Assembly (NCBI RefSeq): GCF_001194135.2
Contig: NC_068986.1
Location: 75,014,518 to 75,074,010 of the forward strand
Source: Octopus bimaculoides
Lineage: Eukaryota
Direction of reading: 5' to 3'
Length of the DNA stretch: 59,493 bases
The translations under genes were made by a program, and so were the position numbers. The notes beneath the pieces were generated by a model, which saw only the letters and a list, made by a program, of their open reading frames with translations, ran no database searches and was not told where the DNA came from. Positions 38,941-50,400 of the stretch are shown here, in pieces (within the stretch, counting starts at the first letter, position 1; each line of letters opens with the position of its first letter).

Positions 38941-40340
38941 CGTAGATATGAATATGAGGACGCAAGTATGGTTGAGTGTAGGCAGATGTAGCCGTGAAGA
39001 AGTAAGGTTGACAGCGTGAAATCATGTATAACATCGTGGTTGCAAGTATAGAGGTTTAATTTCGGGTATTAAGATGCAGAGTGAGATATAGCAGGTACTG
39101 CTTTCTAGAAGCATGCTGTTTGTTTGAAAGAGGGCTTCATAGTTACTGGTGTCGATATCATCGTCGTAGGTACACAGGTATAGGTGTGGGAACGCAGGAA
39201 TGACCATGTACTTGCGGCTATAACAAAGTGGATGCAGTTTTGGTTGAATGGATACAGGTATGGCTGTGAGGATGCAAGATTGGTGGTGCGAACGCCAGTG
39301 TGGAGGAGCAGAGGAATATATGGCGGTGCGTCTCAAAGTATGGATATGTGGAGACAGATAGGGTAGTATGAGCGCAATTATGACTGTGTGATTGCAAGTA
39401 TGGTTGTGTATTTGCCGGTATGGTTATGCAGAAGTAGATATCACTGTGTGTGGAAGCCAATGTGGCTGTGAATACTCAGATATATAAAAACAGTGAAGAC
39501 GACGGTATGGTTATGTGTTTTCAAGGATGACTACATTGAGGTAAGCATAGTTGTGCCGGAATAAAAAATGTGTAAGTAACGATGGCTGTATGATTGAAAC
39601 TGGGACTCCGTAGGCTACAACGACGAAAGTTCCAGTTGATCCGATCGACGGAACAGCCTGCTCATTAGATATACGTGCAAGTCGCTGAGCACTCCATAGA
39701 TACGCATACCCTTAACGTAGTTCTCAGAGAGATTCAGCGTGACACAGACTGTGACGAAACTGGCCCTTTGAAATACAAGTTCTTCTCATTCTTACCAGCT
39801 AAGTGAACTGGAGCAACATGAAATAAAGTATCTTCCTTAAGGACACAACGCGCTGCCAGGACTCGAACTCACGACCTTACGATCGTGAGTCGAATACATT
39901 AACCACGTATGATTGAAGGTGTGGTAGCGTGAACACATGCATTGCTGTGCGGATGCAGCTATGAATGTATGCTTATATTTATGTCGGTGTGGATGTGACT
40001 ATAGCTGTCAGGAATGCAGATATGGACGTGTTGCTTCAAAAAGATCAAACAGGAATCATAAAATGGCTATGTAGTTCCAAACGGATCCCTATGACAGCAT
40101 GTGTGGTTGTGTATTATTTTCAGGTGTGACTGAATGGACATAGGTATGTTTGTGTGAGCGAAAGTTTGGTTGTGGGATTCAGTTACGTTTGTATGTTATG
40201 TAGACAAGTACGGTTGTATAGATACACGTATTACTCTGTCGTTGATGCAGCTATGAATGTGTGATTGCAGGTATGGCACTGTATTTGCCATACCTGTGTC
40301 CCGATGCGCATTTGGATATGTCATTTCAGGTATGGCTATC
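38941..40340. repeat. Highly degenerate 20-bp tandem repeat (consensus ~GATGCAGGTATGGYTGTGTG)
   Basis: Ten consecutive in-phase 20-mers at 39251-39450. The periodicity continues on both sides of a SINE insertion. Confidence 0.75.
39599..39906 (-). mobile_element. tRNA-derived SINE (family-C tail) with 11-bp TSD
   Basis: GTTCGAGTCC B-box on the minus strand. GTATGATTGAA at 39588-39598 and 39907-39917. Confidence 0.85.
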
Positions 40341-40639
40341 TAGGAGGAGATGTAGTTAATAAGTGATTAATTTCTTCACTTCTCAATTACATGGTTTCAG
40401 ACTTGATTCTGCTGTGTGGTATTTTGGACAAATTTCTTTTACCATAGTACAGGTACGACCAAAGTCTGCTGATTGAAATATGGTAGGCAGAAACAGCGTA
40501 GAAGCCCTTCGGAGGAGTTGTTTTTGTTCTTGTTTTCTAGACTTAATCTGTTACCTGGTTTAACCACACAACCAGGAACATAGATGGATTTAGTAGTGTT
40601 CATTGTTGAAAGTATTTGAACAAGGTAAATGTAATTTCC

Positions 40640-41330
40640 ACTGTACTTTTAAACGAACACACAACATTTCTCACATCTTTGTCGATCACTAACATTTAGT
40701 ATGCTATCAATACCAGTTACTACGGGTCTCATTTGTTGCTTCTTGTTATATTTCCAGGCATGTTCTAACTATTACTCATAGATGTTGAAACAATGACTGA
40801 TCGTATTGTAGCTTGTCACATGAAAACTCCCACCTGTTTGGTCAGAGGATCCTATTTCCTGACTTTCGAATGTAGAATGATCACTTGCAGCTTGGAATAT
40901 CTTTCACAAACACGCAACCTTTGGCTATAGTATTGCAAGCCATACCCCTGATTACTGTCGCAAATATTTGTCGACAGCATAATTTTGCTGACGACATACG
41001 AAGAATAATAAAACCTGAAAGCTTTACACTTCAAGTTCGTTTCAATCTCTGACCATGGGCGATCAGAAATATCCTTTAGCAAACAATTAGGAGATATCTA
41101 AGCTCTACTCAGTTGCTGTAGCATATGTGCCGACTTTGTACTAAAAATAATTCAATTTACTTCAGTAGTTACCAAACGTACAAATTGAATTCATGACTTC
41201 AGGAAAGCTTTCATCAGAGTTCTGCCAGAAGGAGTTTGTAGCTAAGTTGCCACTCTTTGGGATGTATTCATCTTGCATCTTTTCTATTAGAAGTTTCCAT
41301 TCAGACAATTCTATCATACTGGTCGTCGTC
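40640..41330 (-). mobile_element. Ty3/Gypsy integrase relic
   Basis: ISDRPWSEIETNL (cf. IPDRPWSKI.TDL), then WEF/HVTS/YDQS pieces and DP**LVLIAY (cf. DPYLALL.YR) in the expected order. Confidence 0.5.
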
Positions 41331-41450
41331 GGAAATCTTACTGAGGAAGAGGCTAGTTAACTGTATGCTGTTATTTCTAAATGTACACTCACTTCAATGT
41401 AAAACTTCTTTAGCTTTCTACTTCGTGTATTGCACTATGACACACATATA

Positions 41451-41641
41451 TTGGTTTCAAATTTTGGAGAGGGATTAAGTCGATTACATCAATACTCGAC
41501 TGGTAGTTATTTTATAGTAACTTCCGAAGGATGAAAGGTAAAAATCGACCTTGGCGGAATTTGAACTCAGAACGTAAAGACGGATGAAATGTCTCTAAGC
41601 CTTTTGCCCGGCGTGCTTACTCCTCTGCCAGCTCGCCGCCT
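41451..41641 (-). mobile_element. Family-A SINE
   Basis: Reverse-complement match to the family-A consensus seen elsewhere in the window. Confidence 0.85.
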
Positions 41642-42119
41642 CCCTGCACACATATATTATCTGCACGCAGCCTTCTGCCAAATTTACATTGCTTCCATGA
41701 ACAGAGAACTCAGCAATTCTTTCAAAGTTGACACAAAAAAGTTAACCTAAAATCATTCAGCAGTAGAAACAGCTGATATACAATTGGGCGAAACACTGTT
41801 TATGCTAACCCTTCTCCCAAAGCAAGCACTACACACTAGAATTTTTTTGAAGTCGCTACAAATGCTATGCTTTACAATAATTAATAGTTGCTCATGTTGA
41901 CCTCACTGCAACCTAAAAATTTGATGTATTTCTAGGACAAGAGCGTACTTCAGTTACTCTACAGATCAAGAACCACTCGGAGTACTACTTACATATTTGG
42001 GTTGTATTTCCACTACTTATAAATATATACAAACATTCTAGTCTGGAATTAAGCAAAACAAAAAAATATCGTACATTATTTACGTTTGACGGATATTTGT
42101 CCTCATCTTGTTTGTTGTT

Positions 42120-42165
42120 AACACAACGTTTCGGCTGATATACCCTCCAGCCTTCATCAGGTGTC
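42120..42165 (-). ncRNA. Minimal type-I hammerhead ribozyme motif (intact copy)
   Basis: Minus strand: GACAC-CUGAUGA-A-GGCUG(GAGGGUAUAU)CAGCC-GAAAC-GUU-GUGUU. Stem III is the AACGUU palindrome; GUU triplet. Confidence 0.75.
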
Positions 42166-42212
42166 TTGGGGAAATTTCGAACCTGGGTTCTCATTCTTTA
42201 GGTATTTTACGA

Positions 42213-42273
<61 letters not shown>

Positions 42274-42363
42274 TAGGTCAGTGTTTGGAATCGAACACGG
42301 AATCTTGAGGTTAAGAGTGCGGGCTACTAACCACAAGATTCCGTGTTTGATTTCAAGCAGTGA

Positions 42364-42410
<47 letters not shown>

Positions 42411-42457
42411 TCGTAAAATACCTTAGGAATGAGAACCCGGGTTCGAAATTTCCCCAA

Positions 42458-42503
42458 GGCACCTGATGAAGGCTGGATGGTATATCAGCCGAAAAGTTGT
42501 GTT
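42458..42503 (+). ncRNA. Hammerhead copy with mutated stem III (GAAAC to GAAAA)
   Basis: GGCAC-CUGAUGA-A-GGCUG...CAGCC-GAAAA-GUU-GUGUU; the change at 42495 breaks the palindrome. Confidence 0.55.
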
Positions 42504-42604
42504 AAAGATGAGGACAAATATCCGTCAAATGTAAATAATATAAATAATGTACATAATTCCTCATCTCTTAAATATAGAACTGAAAAATATATCGCTAGTA
42601 ATAT

Positions 42605-42790
42605 TGGTTCCAAATTTTGGCATAGGGCCAAGAATTTCGGGGGAGGGGATAAGCCGATTACATCGACCACAGTACTTATTTTATCGACCCCAAAATAAGG
42701 AAATTCAGCGGAATTTTAACTCAGACGGCGGACGAAATGCCGCTAAGCATTTGTCCAGCGTGTTACCGATCCTGCTGGCTTGCCGCTCTA
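42605..42790 (-). mobile_element. Family-A SINE (degraded)
   Basis: CCAAATTTTGGCA...TCGACCCC...GAAATGCCGCTAAGCATTT. Confidence 0.75.
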
Positions 42791-43589
42791 AAACTGCTTA
42801 TAATATTCCGCCCCCGACCTCTTACACCCAATATACGGGCATTTCATCTTGTCATCAGTTCTATTGATCAGATCACATCACCTTCCAAACTCTGTATTAT
42901 ACGCTCTACTCAGTCATTAGTGTCAATTATCATCCCTCTATAAAAGCCTCATGACTTACACTTCAGTATCACTAGTCTGGGTTGGACTGAAAAGGTCATG
43001 ATTGCCGTTGCCTCTCTTTCCGATTAATAATTTTAAAGATAATTACAATCGCATCAAGAACAACATTCCATTTGATCTTCACTGGAATTGAAAACACAAC
43101 TATCAATAATATCGTATCAATTCATTTAATTGTATCCACATCCTACATAATATTGATTTGTACTTGAGTAAACAGCATATATTTAAGTTGTCAACTCATT
43201 GAAGTAAAGAATTGATTTGAAGTATTCTAATCTCAAAATTACAGTATGATTTTAATAACATTCACTTTCCTCGTCTATATTAAAACGTTGATTTCTTACA
43301 TTCTTGTATATTAAGATTTTGCGAACATGCATAGATACAACATAATTCGATCACATATATACATCTAAAACTTCCCTCTTAGCAATACGTCTTTTCCATT
43401 TATTTCTGGATTTCAGAGCTTTCCTTATCTTCTTACAAACGTACGCATTTGAGTAAATATTTCAGGATGTGTTTTAAACTTGAATGTTTATATACGATCT
43501 AATAATACAAGATTGAGAATATATTATATCTTAAATTCTGAAACGCAACAATTTCTCAAATTCTCACAAAATAATAAACAATATTCTTT

Positions 43590-43743
43590 TACTTGTTTCA
43601 GTCATTTGACTGCGGCCATGCTGGAGCATCGCCTTGAAGGGGATTTTTAGTCAAAGAAATCGAGCCCAATTCTTTTGCGAAACCGCTAAGTTACGTGGAC
43701 GTAAACACAGCAACATCAGCTGTCAATCGTTGGTGTGGGGAGA

Positions 43744-43787
<44 letters not shown>

Positions 43788-43797
43788 NNNNNNNNNN

Positions 43798-43832
<35 letters not shown>

Positions 43833-44017
43833 ATATATATATATATATATATACGACGGGCTTCTTTCAGTTTCCGTCTACCAAATCCAGTCACAAGGCT
43901 TTGGTCGGCTTGAGATTATGGTAGAAGACACTTGCCCATAGTGCCACGCAGTGGGACTGAACCTGGAACCGTGTGGTTGGAAAATAAGCTTCTTACCACA
44001 AACCCACGACTGCGCCT
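43590..44017 (-). mobile_element. Family-B tRNA-derived SINE
   Basis: Collinear with 31458-31841; internal (CA)n expansion containing a small gap. Confidence 0.85.
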
Positions 44018-44857
44018 ATAGTTTCTTATTTTCTCAGAATTTAGTAGGCTTTTGAAAGTACGTTTATCCGTAAATATTTTACATGAATTTTCGTCGTAAA
44101 AAAAAACTTATACTAAGATGATTTAATATATAGGTATAAGTCTATGTTTCCTTACTCGTATATTGTTATGTTTATGTTTTATTCTTTACTTATTTCAGGT
44201 ATTGGATATCAGCGGTGCTTCGGCACAGCCTTAAGGGGTTTAATGGAACACATCGATCACATCCTTTTATTTTGAGATATGGAACTTGTTCTATGAGTCA
44301 CTTTTGCCAAAAACCTAGGTTTTGGGATGTAAATAAACCAACACTGATTTGCAAGGTGTGAGGTATATACTCCGACACAACGACATACACACTTACATAC
44401 GCACATATTATATATAACATATGTATAAACATATATTTGCATATATATATATATANNNNNNNNNNNNNNNNNNNNNNNNNNNNNNNNNNNNNNNNNNNNN
44501 NNNNNNNNNNNNNNNNNNNNNNNNNNNNNNNNNNNNNNNNNNNNNNNNNNNNNNNNNNNNNNNNNNNNNNNNNNNNNNNNNNNNNNNNNNNNNNNNNNNN
44601 NNNNNNNNNNNNNNNNNNNNNNNNNNNNNNNNNNNNNNNNNNNNNNNNNNNNNNNNNNNNNNNNNNNNNNNNNNNNNNNNNNNNNNNNNNNNNNNNNNNN
44701 NNNNNNNNNNNNNNNNNNNNNNNNNNNNNNNNNNNNNNNNNNNNNNNNNNNNNNNNNNNNNNNNNNNNNNNNNNNNNNNNNNNNNNNNNNNNNNNNNNNN
44801 NNNNNNNNNNNNNNNNNNNNNNNNNNNNNNNNNNNNNNNNNNNNNNNNNNNNNNNNN

Positions 44858-45157
44858 ATTGAGCGAAAGCACTTACATCTCCACGAGGCTCCGGCAGGGG
44901 ATGGTGGCGAACACTGCTGTACTCTTTCACCACAACTTTCTCTCACTCTTACTTCCTGTTTCTGTTATGCATGTAATTCAAAGGGTCAGCCTTGTCACAT
45001 TGTGTCACGCTGAATATCCCCGAGAACTACGTTAAGGGTACACGTGTCTGTGGAATGCTCAGCCACTTGCACGTTAATTTCACGAGCAGGCTGTTCCGTT
45101 GATCGGATCAACTGGATCCCTCGACGTCGTAACCGACGGAGTGCCAACAACAACAAC
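44858..45157 (+). mobile_element. Family-C SINE (5' end in gap), (CAA)n tail
   Basis: Near-identical by eye to the 55417-55810 copy. Confidence 0.9.
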
Positions 45158-46623
45158 GTTGTCTCTCTGTGCCTGTAGAGGGCAAGTAAAGAATCGAGGC
45201 ATCGGAGAGAAGTACAATTAATGAAAAAAATAAATGACATCTGGGTCTACTTTGTATAGATCAAGAGCACAAGATCGATTATTACCAACGGCTCATTGAA
45301 CATTACATATATTTACTATGTAGAAAATATGTTATCGGTAGTATCAGAAGGATGTTGGCATATATTTTGAGAACACAGTTCATTTAGACACTGTTGCATC
45401 CTTCTTGAGGTAATATAACTCTCACTACGTTAATATTTCATTCTGAGAATTTTTCTTTCATGAAAGCACATTTTTTTTTCTTTTAGTAATATTTCCTAAA
45501 GGGTGAATAACGAAAATACAAATTTTGAAACAAATCAACGTAAATTTTAAAACATTATTTCAAATTTCTTTAAACTCGCTAACCACACTTACAAACAAAA
45601 ACTAATAAAAAGCAGCCATACGCGGTTACATTTTTCGTAATAATAACTCCTGCGTTGAATGGCCAGTGGACATGAAACAGCCATTCTCCTGTTGCTACTC
45701 TTAGTGTTAATTTAGAGTAATGACCACAAGTAATCTCAAATATATGTTTCAATGCATAACGCACATGTTTACATACAATTTAACACACACACACACACAC
45801 ACAAAATTTCGTATATGTTAGATTATATATGAATAGGAAATAATGACGTGATGTTTGATGACAGACGACAGAAAAGTGAATGATGATCATATAAGAAATG
45901 AAGATGTCAGCAGTGTTTGTTATTAGCTTTTTTTAATTTTTTTTTATTTTAAAGGGTAGAGTATGATTTGATGAAATTTGTCTGCTATATATAGCAACTT
46001 GAGTAGCCATGTAGAGCTTACCTTGTTGTTCATGTTCTGAAAGTTTCACTTCCAAAATATCCATTCTTCATCTTTTTCTAACTTTTCCTCACCTCACACC
46101 TCTCTCTCTCTCTCTCTCTCTTTATCTATCTTCCTCTCTCTCTCCCTCTCTCGATCTTTCTCTCTTCCACTCTCTCCCGCGCTCTCTCTACCTCTCTCGC
46201 TCTTCCTCTCTTTCTTCCTCTATCTGCAATATTTCTTTTTATTGCGCCTGAAAACAAATAAAAAGTAAAGAATTATTAAGTAACTTTGCCTCCAGACTCC
46301 AAACTTGGTGAAGAGTTGTATAATCAATGGAATCGATTCCAGTAACACGACTGACACTTGTTCTATCGATCCTGGAGAGATGAAAGGCACGGCCAACCTG
46401 TTTCTGTTTCAATGTGAAGAAATAGAAGTTTTTTTTTTTTTATGCCTATTGGAGAGAATAATCATCTCAATAAACTTACATTTTAACTCGTTTCTCGTGA
46501 TTAAAAAGCTTCTTTTGCACTCGAACATTAGAATAGAATCGTCGAAGGTACAGCAAGAACAGCGATAATGTTTAGAACTTATAATAAATAAATTTTGTTG
46601 TGTCTTGGGATAGACACTATGCC

Positions 46624-46717
<94 letters not shown>

Positions 46718-47540
46718 TCTTTATTGGCCATAACGACCGAACACAAGACATAATGGATAATCCACAGACGAGAGGCAGTGAGGTCATACGTGTAAACAGC
46801 AAAACACAACAATTAACAAAGAAAATTACCCAACAATATATAATTCCCAATAGGGGGAGATCCACCGAGTTGGTGACCAAAATAACCTCACTCATTTGGG
46901 CTCTTAACAATAAGGCACCTCAGGTAGGCACTCTTCTCCTCCTCACTCCATCAGGCCAACAGCCGCACGTTTCGAGTAGGCCCATTCACACGTGCCATCC
47001 TTACTATATTCACATGCCTTTCGACCAACTTATTGGATGACAGCACCTCCCACTCCAGTCTCACCTTCCTTTTCAGGTGGAACTTGAAAATGTCAATGAG
47101 GCCTTGGCCAAAGAGGAAGGTACCCATCTTCAACGCTTTCAATCGCGTCCACCATACAAACTCTTTCGTCAAAGCCACCAGACAGGGAAAAACTGCTTTT
47201 TCTTCCCGGCCAAAGGAAGGAGGCGGGGCAATTTTCACGATAGACTCGGACGATAGCCGGATCCGTCCTACACTTGACAATAACTGTTCGACAAAGCTCC
47301 ACATGTCAGCAATGAGCGGACACTACTAGTGAATCCAGAACGGTTTTCTCGCTCCGCATGCACCTCAGACAAGACTGTAACCCCGGTAACCCTGCCAGGC
47401 CAGTGCTTTCTGCAGATTATCCATAGGCCCCGTTCCGAATGTTCTCTGAAAGAGACTAGCCAGTTGATCCCTGCATATGACCAGGCTCTCGCTACCATTT
47501 TAGTGAAGTATAACATCTATAAAACTTCTGACACCCAGAA
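46624..47540 (-). mobile_element. 5'-truncated Tx1/L1-clade LINE 3' end with (ATT)n tail
   Basis: Minus strand: LFQRTFGTGPMDNLQKALAWQ, CLRCMRSEKTVL...CPLIADMW, then ORF 46951-47304 (FKFHLKRKVRLEWEVL). AATAAA precedes the repeat tail at 46624-46713. Confidence 0.75.
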
Positions 47541-47589
47541 ATTATCATTATTATTATTATTATTAATTATTATTATTATTAGTCAGATA

Positions 47590-47848
47590 GTGAAATACTT
47601 AAACTAATCGATTGTTTGTTTAATATGTTGGTTAAACAATCAAATGTTGTTTGTTCATCAAAGTACTTTCGTCGCTGTTCGCCACCTTCTTAGTGACCAG
47701 TGAGTTCCCTGATCGCTCCAACGAAAGCAGGCCTTGGAGCAAATAAGGCTACTGAAAAGATCGTGAAAAACGACGAAAAACTTTGACGAACAAACCGATT
47801 GATTTTTTAACTAACACGTTAAACAAACGATCAATTCCCTAATTCACT
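47590..47848. mobile_element. Fold-back/MITE-like element with ~75-bp imperfect inverted arms
   Basis: GTTTGTTTAA..TGTT.GTTAAA.AATCAA...GTTTGTTC.TCAAAGT..TTCGTCG at about 47590-47675 is mirrored at about 47770-47848. Confidence 0.7.
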
Positions 47849-49494
47849 AATGATAATAATTTACTACTACAACTAATAATGATAAAGAAGTGAAATTGAA
47901 CCCATGCATGTGTTATTACTATTGGCGTAATGACCTTCCCATGACACAACAAAATTTGCTGGAACATAAGTATCCTTGTCAAAAATCTTGCAAACCAAAT
48001 ACAAAAACGAAATATCGTAAATAATTACATCAAAATGTTCCTGATCAAATATGTCTAAAATTTTGAGTATAATTTGTTTTTGTTTTATTCTATTTTTTTC
48101 CTTAGTAAAATATAAAAACTGCTGCGTAGTTGGTATCATTATTCTTCCTTTTATTATATATAATTTATTTGGTTATTCAGTTACTATTCATTTTAATATT
48201 TTGCTTCAGGGTTAAAAATTGCTTCTTCTTAATATTGATATGAAAGTTATTTTTGTTGTATCTGATATGTACAGCCGGTCTGTAGTGACGATACATTCGA
48301 TCACTTGCCGAAGCTGGTGGCTAGGTGTTGCACCAATATCAGTCTGATTATTTGCCCCAATGTTATACATCCCAGAAAAATGAAAGCTTAAATTAACATT
48401 GACAAGACACAAACATAGAGTCGGGCGGTTTCACAACGACTGTTTCTCTCCGTCTTTAGGCGAAATTTTCTCTTCTTATATATTAGAAGAAAGCTATATA
48501 TATCGTGTGATGCTTGTGGCAAGACTACCCAAACTGACCTGCTAGTAATTCTCTTGTTGCATTAATATCACAGGTTGTTTTTGTGCATAACTAATTTGAT
48601 CTGACATTGTGTGATGTGATTAAAGTACATCATCGAGATAGAGTCATTGTATTTATAAAATAATACGTCTGCACTATTATATTCAATCTTATTTGATAAC
48701 TAGCTTAAAAGTCTCACTTCATGCGGACTTTTCAGCTAGCTCCTTCGGGGAGCTAATTGAGCCTGCAGCCCCAAACTGTAGAGGCCACTAATAATAAAGC
48801 ATTTATTGGTACCCTACCAATATGGTACCACTTTAAATTTAGCTTGTAAGTTCACAAATAATTGGAGTTCTTTTAGAATTTGAATATTTAACTGTTACCA
48901 TATAACAAATCCTCATCAAGACCTGATCCCAGTGCTGGATGTTCAAGAACCAAATGAAGTTTATATTTTCAATCCTGGGATTATCCTGATTTCAAAAAAG
49001 TATAATATGTATAATATGTCTATGTAGAGCAAATGTAGACTGAGATACAGAGGTCCCGGGCGGACAGTTAAGATTTCGCATATATTATTATAGATAACAT
49101 TTATTTTTGATTTAAGCATAAAGGTAGCGGTTTCGACGGGAGGAGGCAAGTCGATTAAATCGGGGTCAGTACTTGACTAGTGTTCTTTTTTTTTTCTGCT
49201 ATGAAACAATAACAGTTAACATCGGCGACATTTATATTCAGATACAAAGAGACGGAAGAAAAAACCGCCAAGTATTATATAATAAATAATTTTGCTTTTC
49301 ACTCTATTATTTATCCCTGGATAAAGTTTCCAGAAATAACCCAACAAGTTTACCATTAATTCCGGGAAATATTCGCGGGTCCCATTAGTTTATATTCAGA
49401 TTCTAGCGAATATTTCACCTCGTCGCCGACTACCAACGAATTTGGTTATGCATTTCAGCATAGCCAGGGATAAGCTGTTGGACAAATTACCTTG

Positions 49495-50400
49495 CAGCAT
49501 TTCTTCTGGCAGAATCATTAGCACGCCGAGTGAAGATGCTTTGCGGCATTTCGCCCGTCCTTACGTTCTGAGTTCAAATTCTGCAGAGGTCGACTTCACC
49601 TTTCATCCTGTTGGGAACGATGAAATAAGTACCAGTTGATTATTGGGATCGATGTAATCGACTAGCCCCATCCCCATAATAATAATATGGGGAATTTGAA
49701 TATTTATTATTATTATAAATGCACTGATGCAGTACCAGGCAGTGGCTCTCACGGCTTCTCATCTTAACTGACTGGAAGTGTTATCATGTGCATTGTTTTG
49801 TCATGGTATAAAAGATGGGTTACAGCAAATATTCTGCTCAATACCACAGATTTGCTTATCAGTTGTTTGACCATAACCTCTAAAGGACGAAGGGCAATGT
49901 CGACATCAGCGGAATTTGAACCCAGAACGTAGCAGCAAACGAAATGCCGCTAAGCATTTCGCCCGGCGTGCTAACGATTCAGCCAGTTCACCACCTTAAA
50001 ATAATAAATGATAATAATAGTAATTATTTCAACTGGACGCAGAAGGCCTCAAATTTGGGGGAAGGGAGTAAGTCGACTACAGCAATCCCAGTACGCAACT
50101 GTTACTTAATTTATTGACTCCGAAAGGATGAAAAGCAAAGTGGAACTCGGCGGAATTTGAACTCAGAACGTAGCAGCAGACGAAATATCGCTAAGCTTTT
50201 CGCCCGGCGTGCTAACGATTCTGCCAGCTCGCCACCTTTGTATAATAGCAATAATAATAATAATGATAATAATGATAATAATATCAAATTTTGGCAACGC
50301 AAAAGGAGGAAAGGCAAATGAAACCTCGGCAAGATTTAAATTCAGAACGTAAAGCCGAAGGAAATGTTACTGAGCAGTTTGTTCGTCGTACTAAAGACCC
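49495..50400. mobile_element. Cluster of four family-A SINEs (one plus, three minus) plus a fragment of another repeat family
   Basis: Family-A motifs at ~49495-49680 (+) and 49880-49998, 50040-50238, 50285-50400 (-). The 49720-49875 piece recurs at 51190-51260 (AATATTCTG.TCAATACCACAGATTTG). Confidence 0.8.

Larger units (their letters stand above)
42071..42590. mobile_element. Palindromic element: head-to-head inverted duplication of tRNA-like head, (AAT)n, hammerhead and tail
   Basis: Arms 42071-42313 and 42328-42552 are reverse complements around a 14-nt spacer; the right arm continues to about 42590. Confidence 0.9.

Noticed and set aside
38941-40340. CRISPR-like array or coding tandem repeat
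   Set aside because: There is no invariant repeat with unique spacers, the context is eukaryotic, the period is not a multiple of three, and the frames contain stops.
49366-49416. 11-bp hairpin GAAATATTCGC/GCGAATATTTC
   Set aside because: It is isolated, with no associated element ends or conserved RNA motif.
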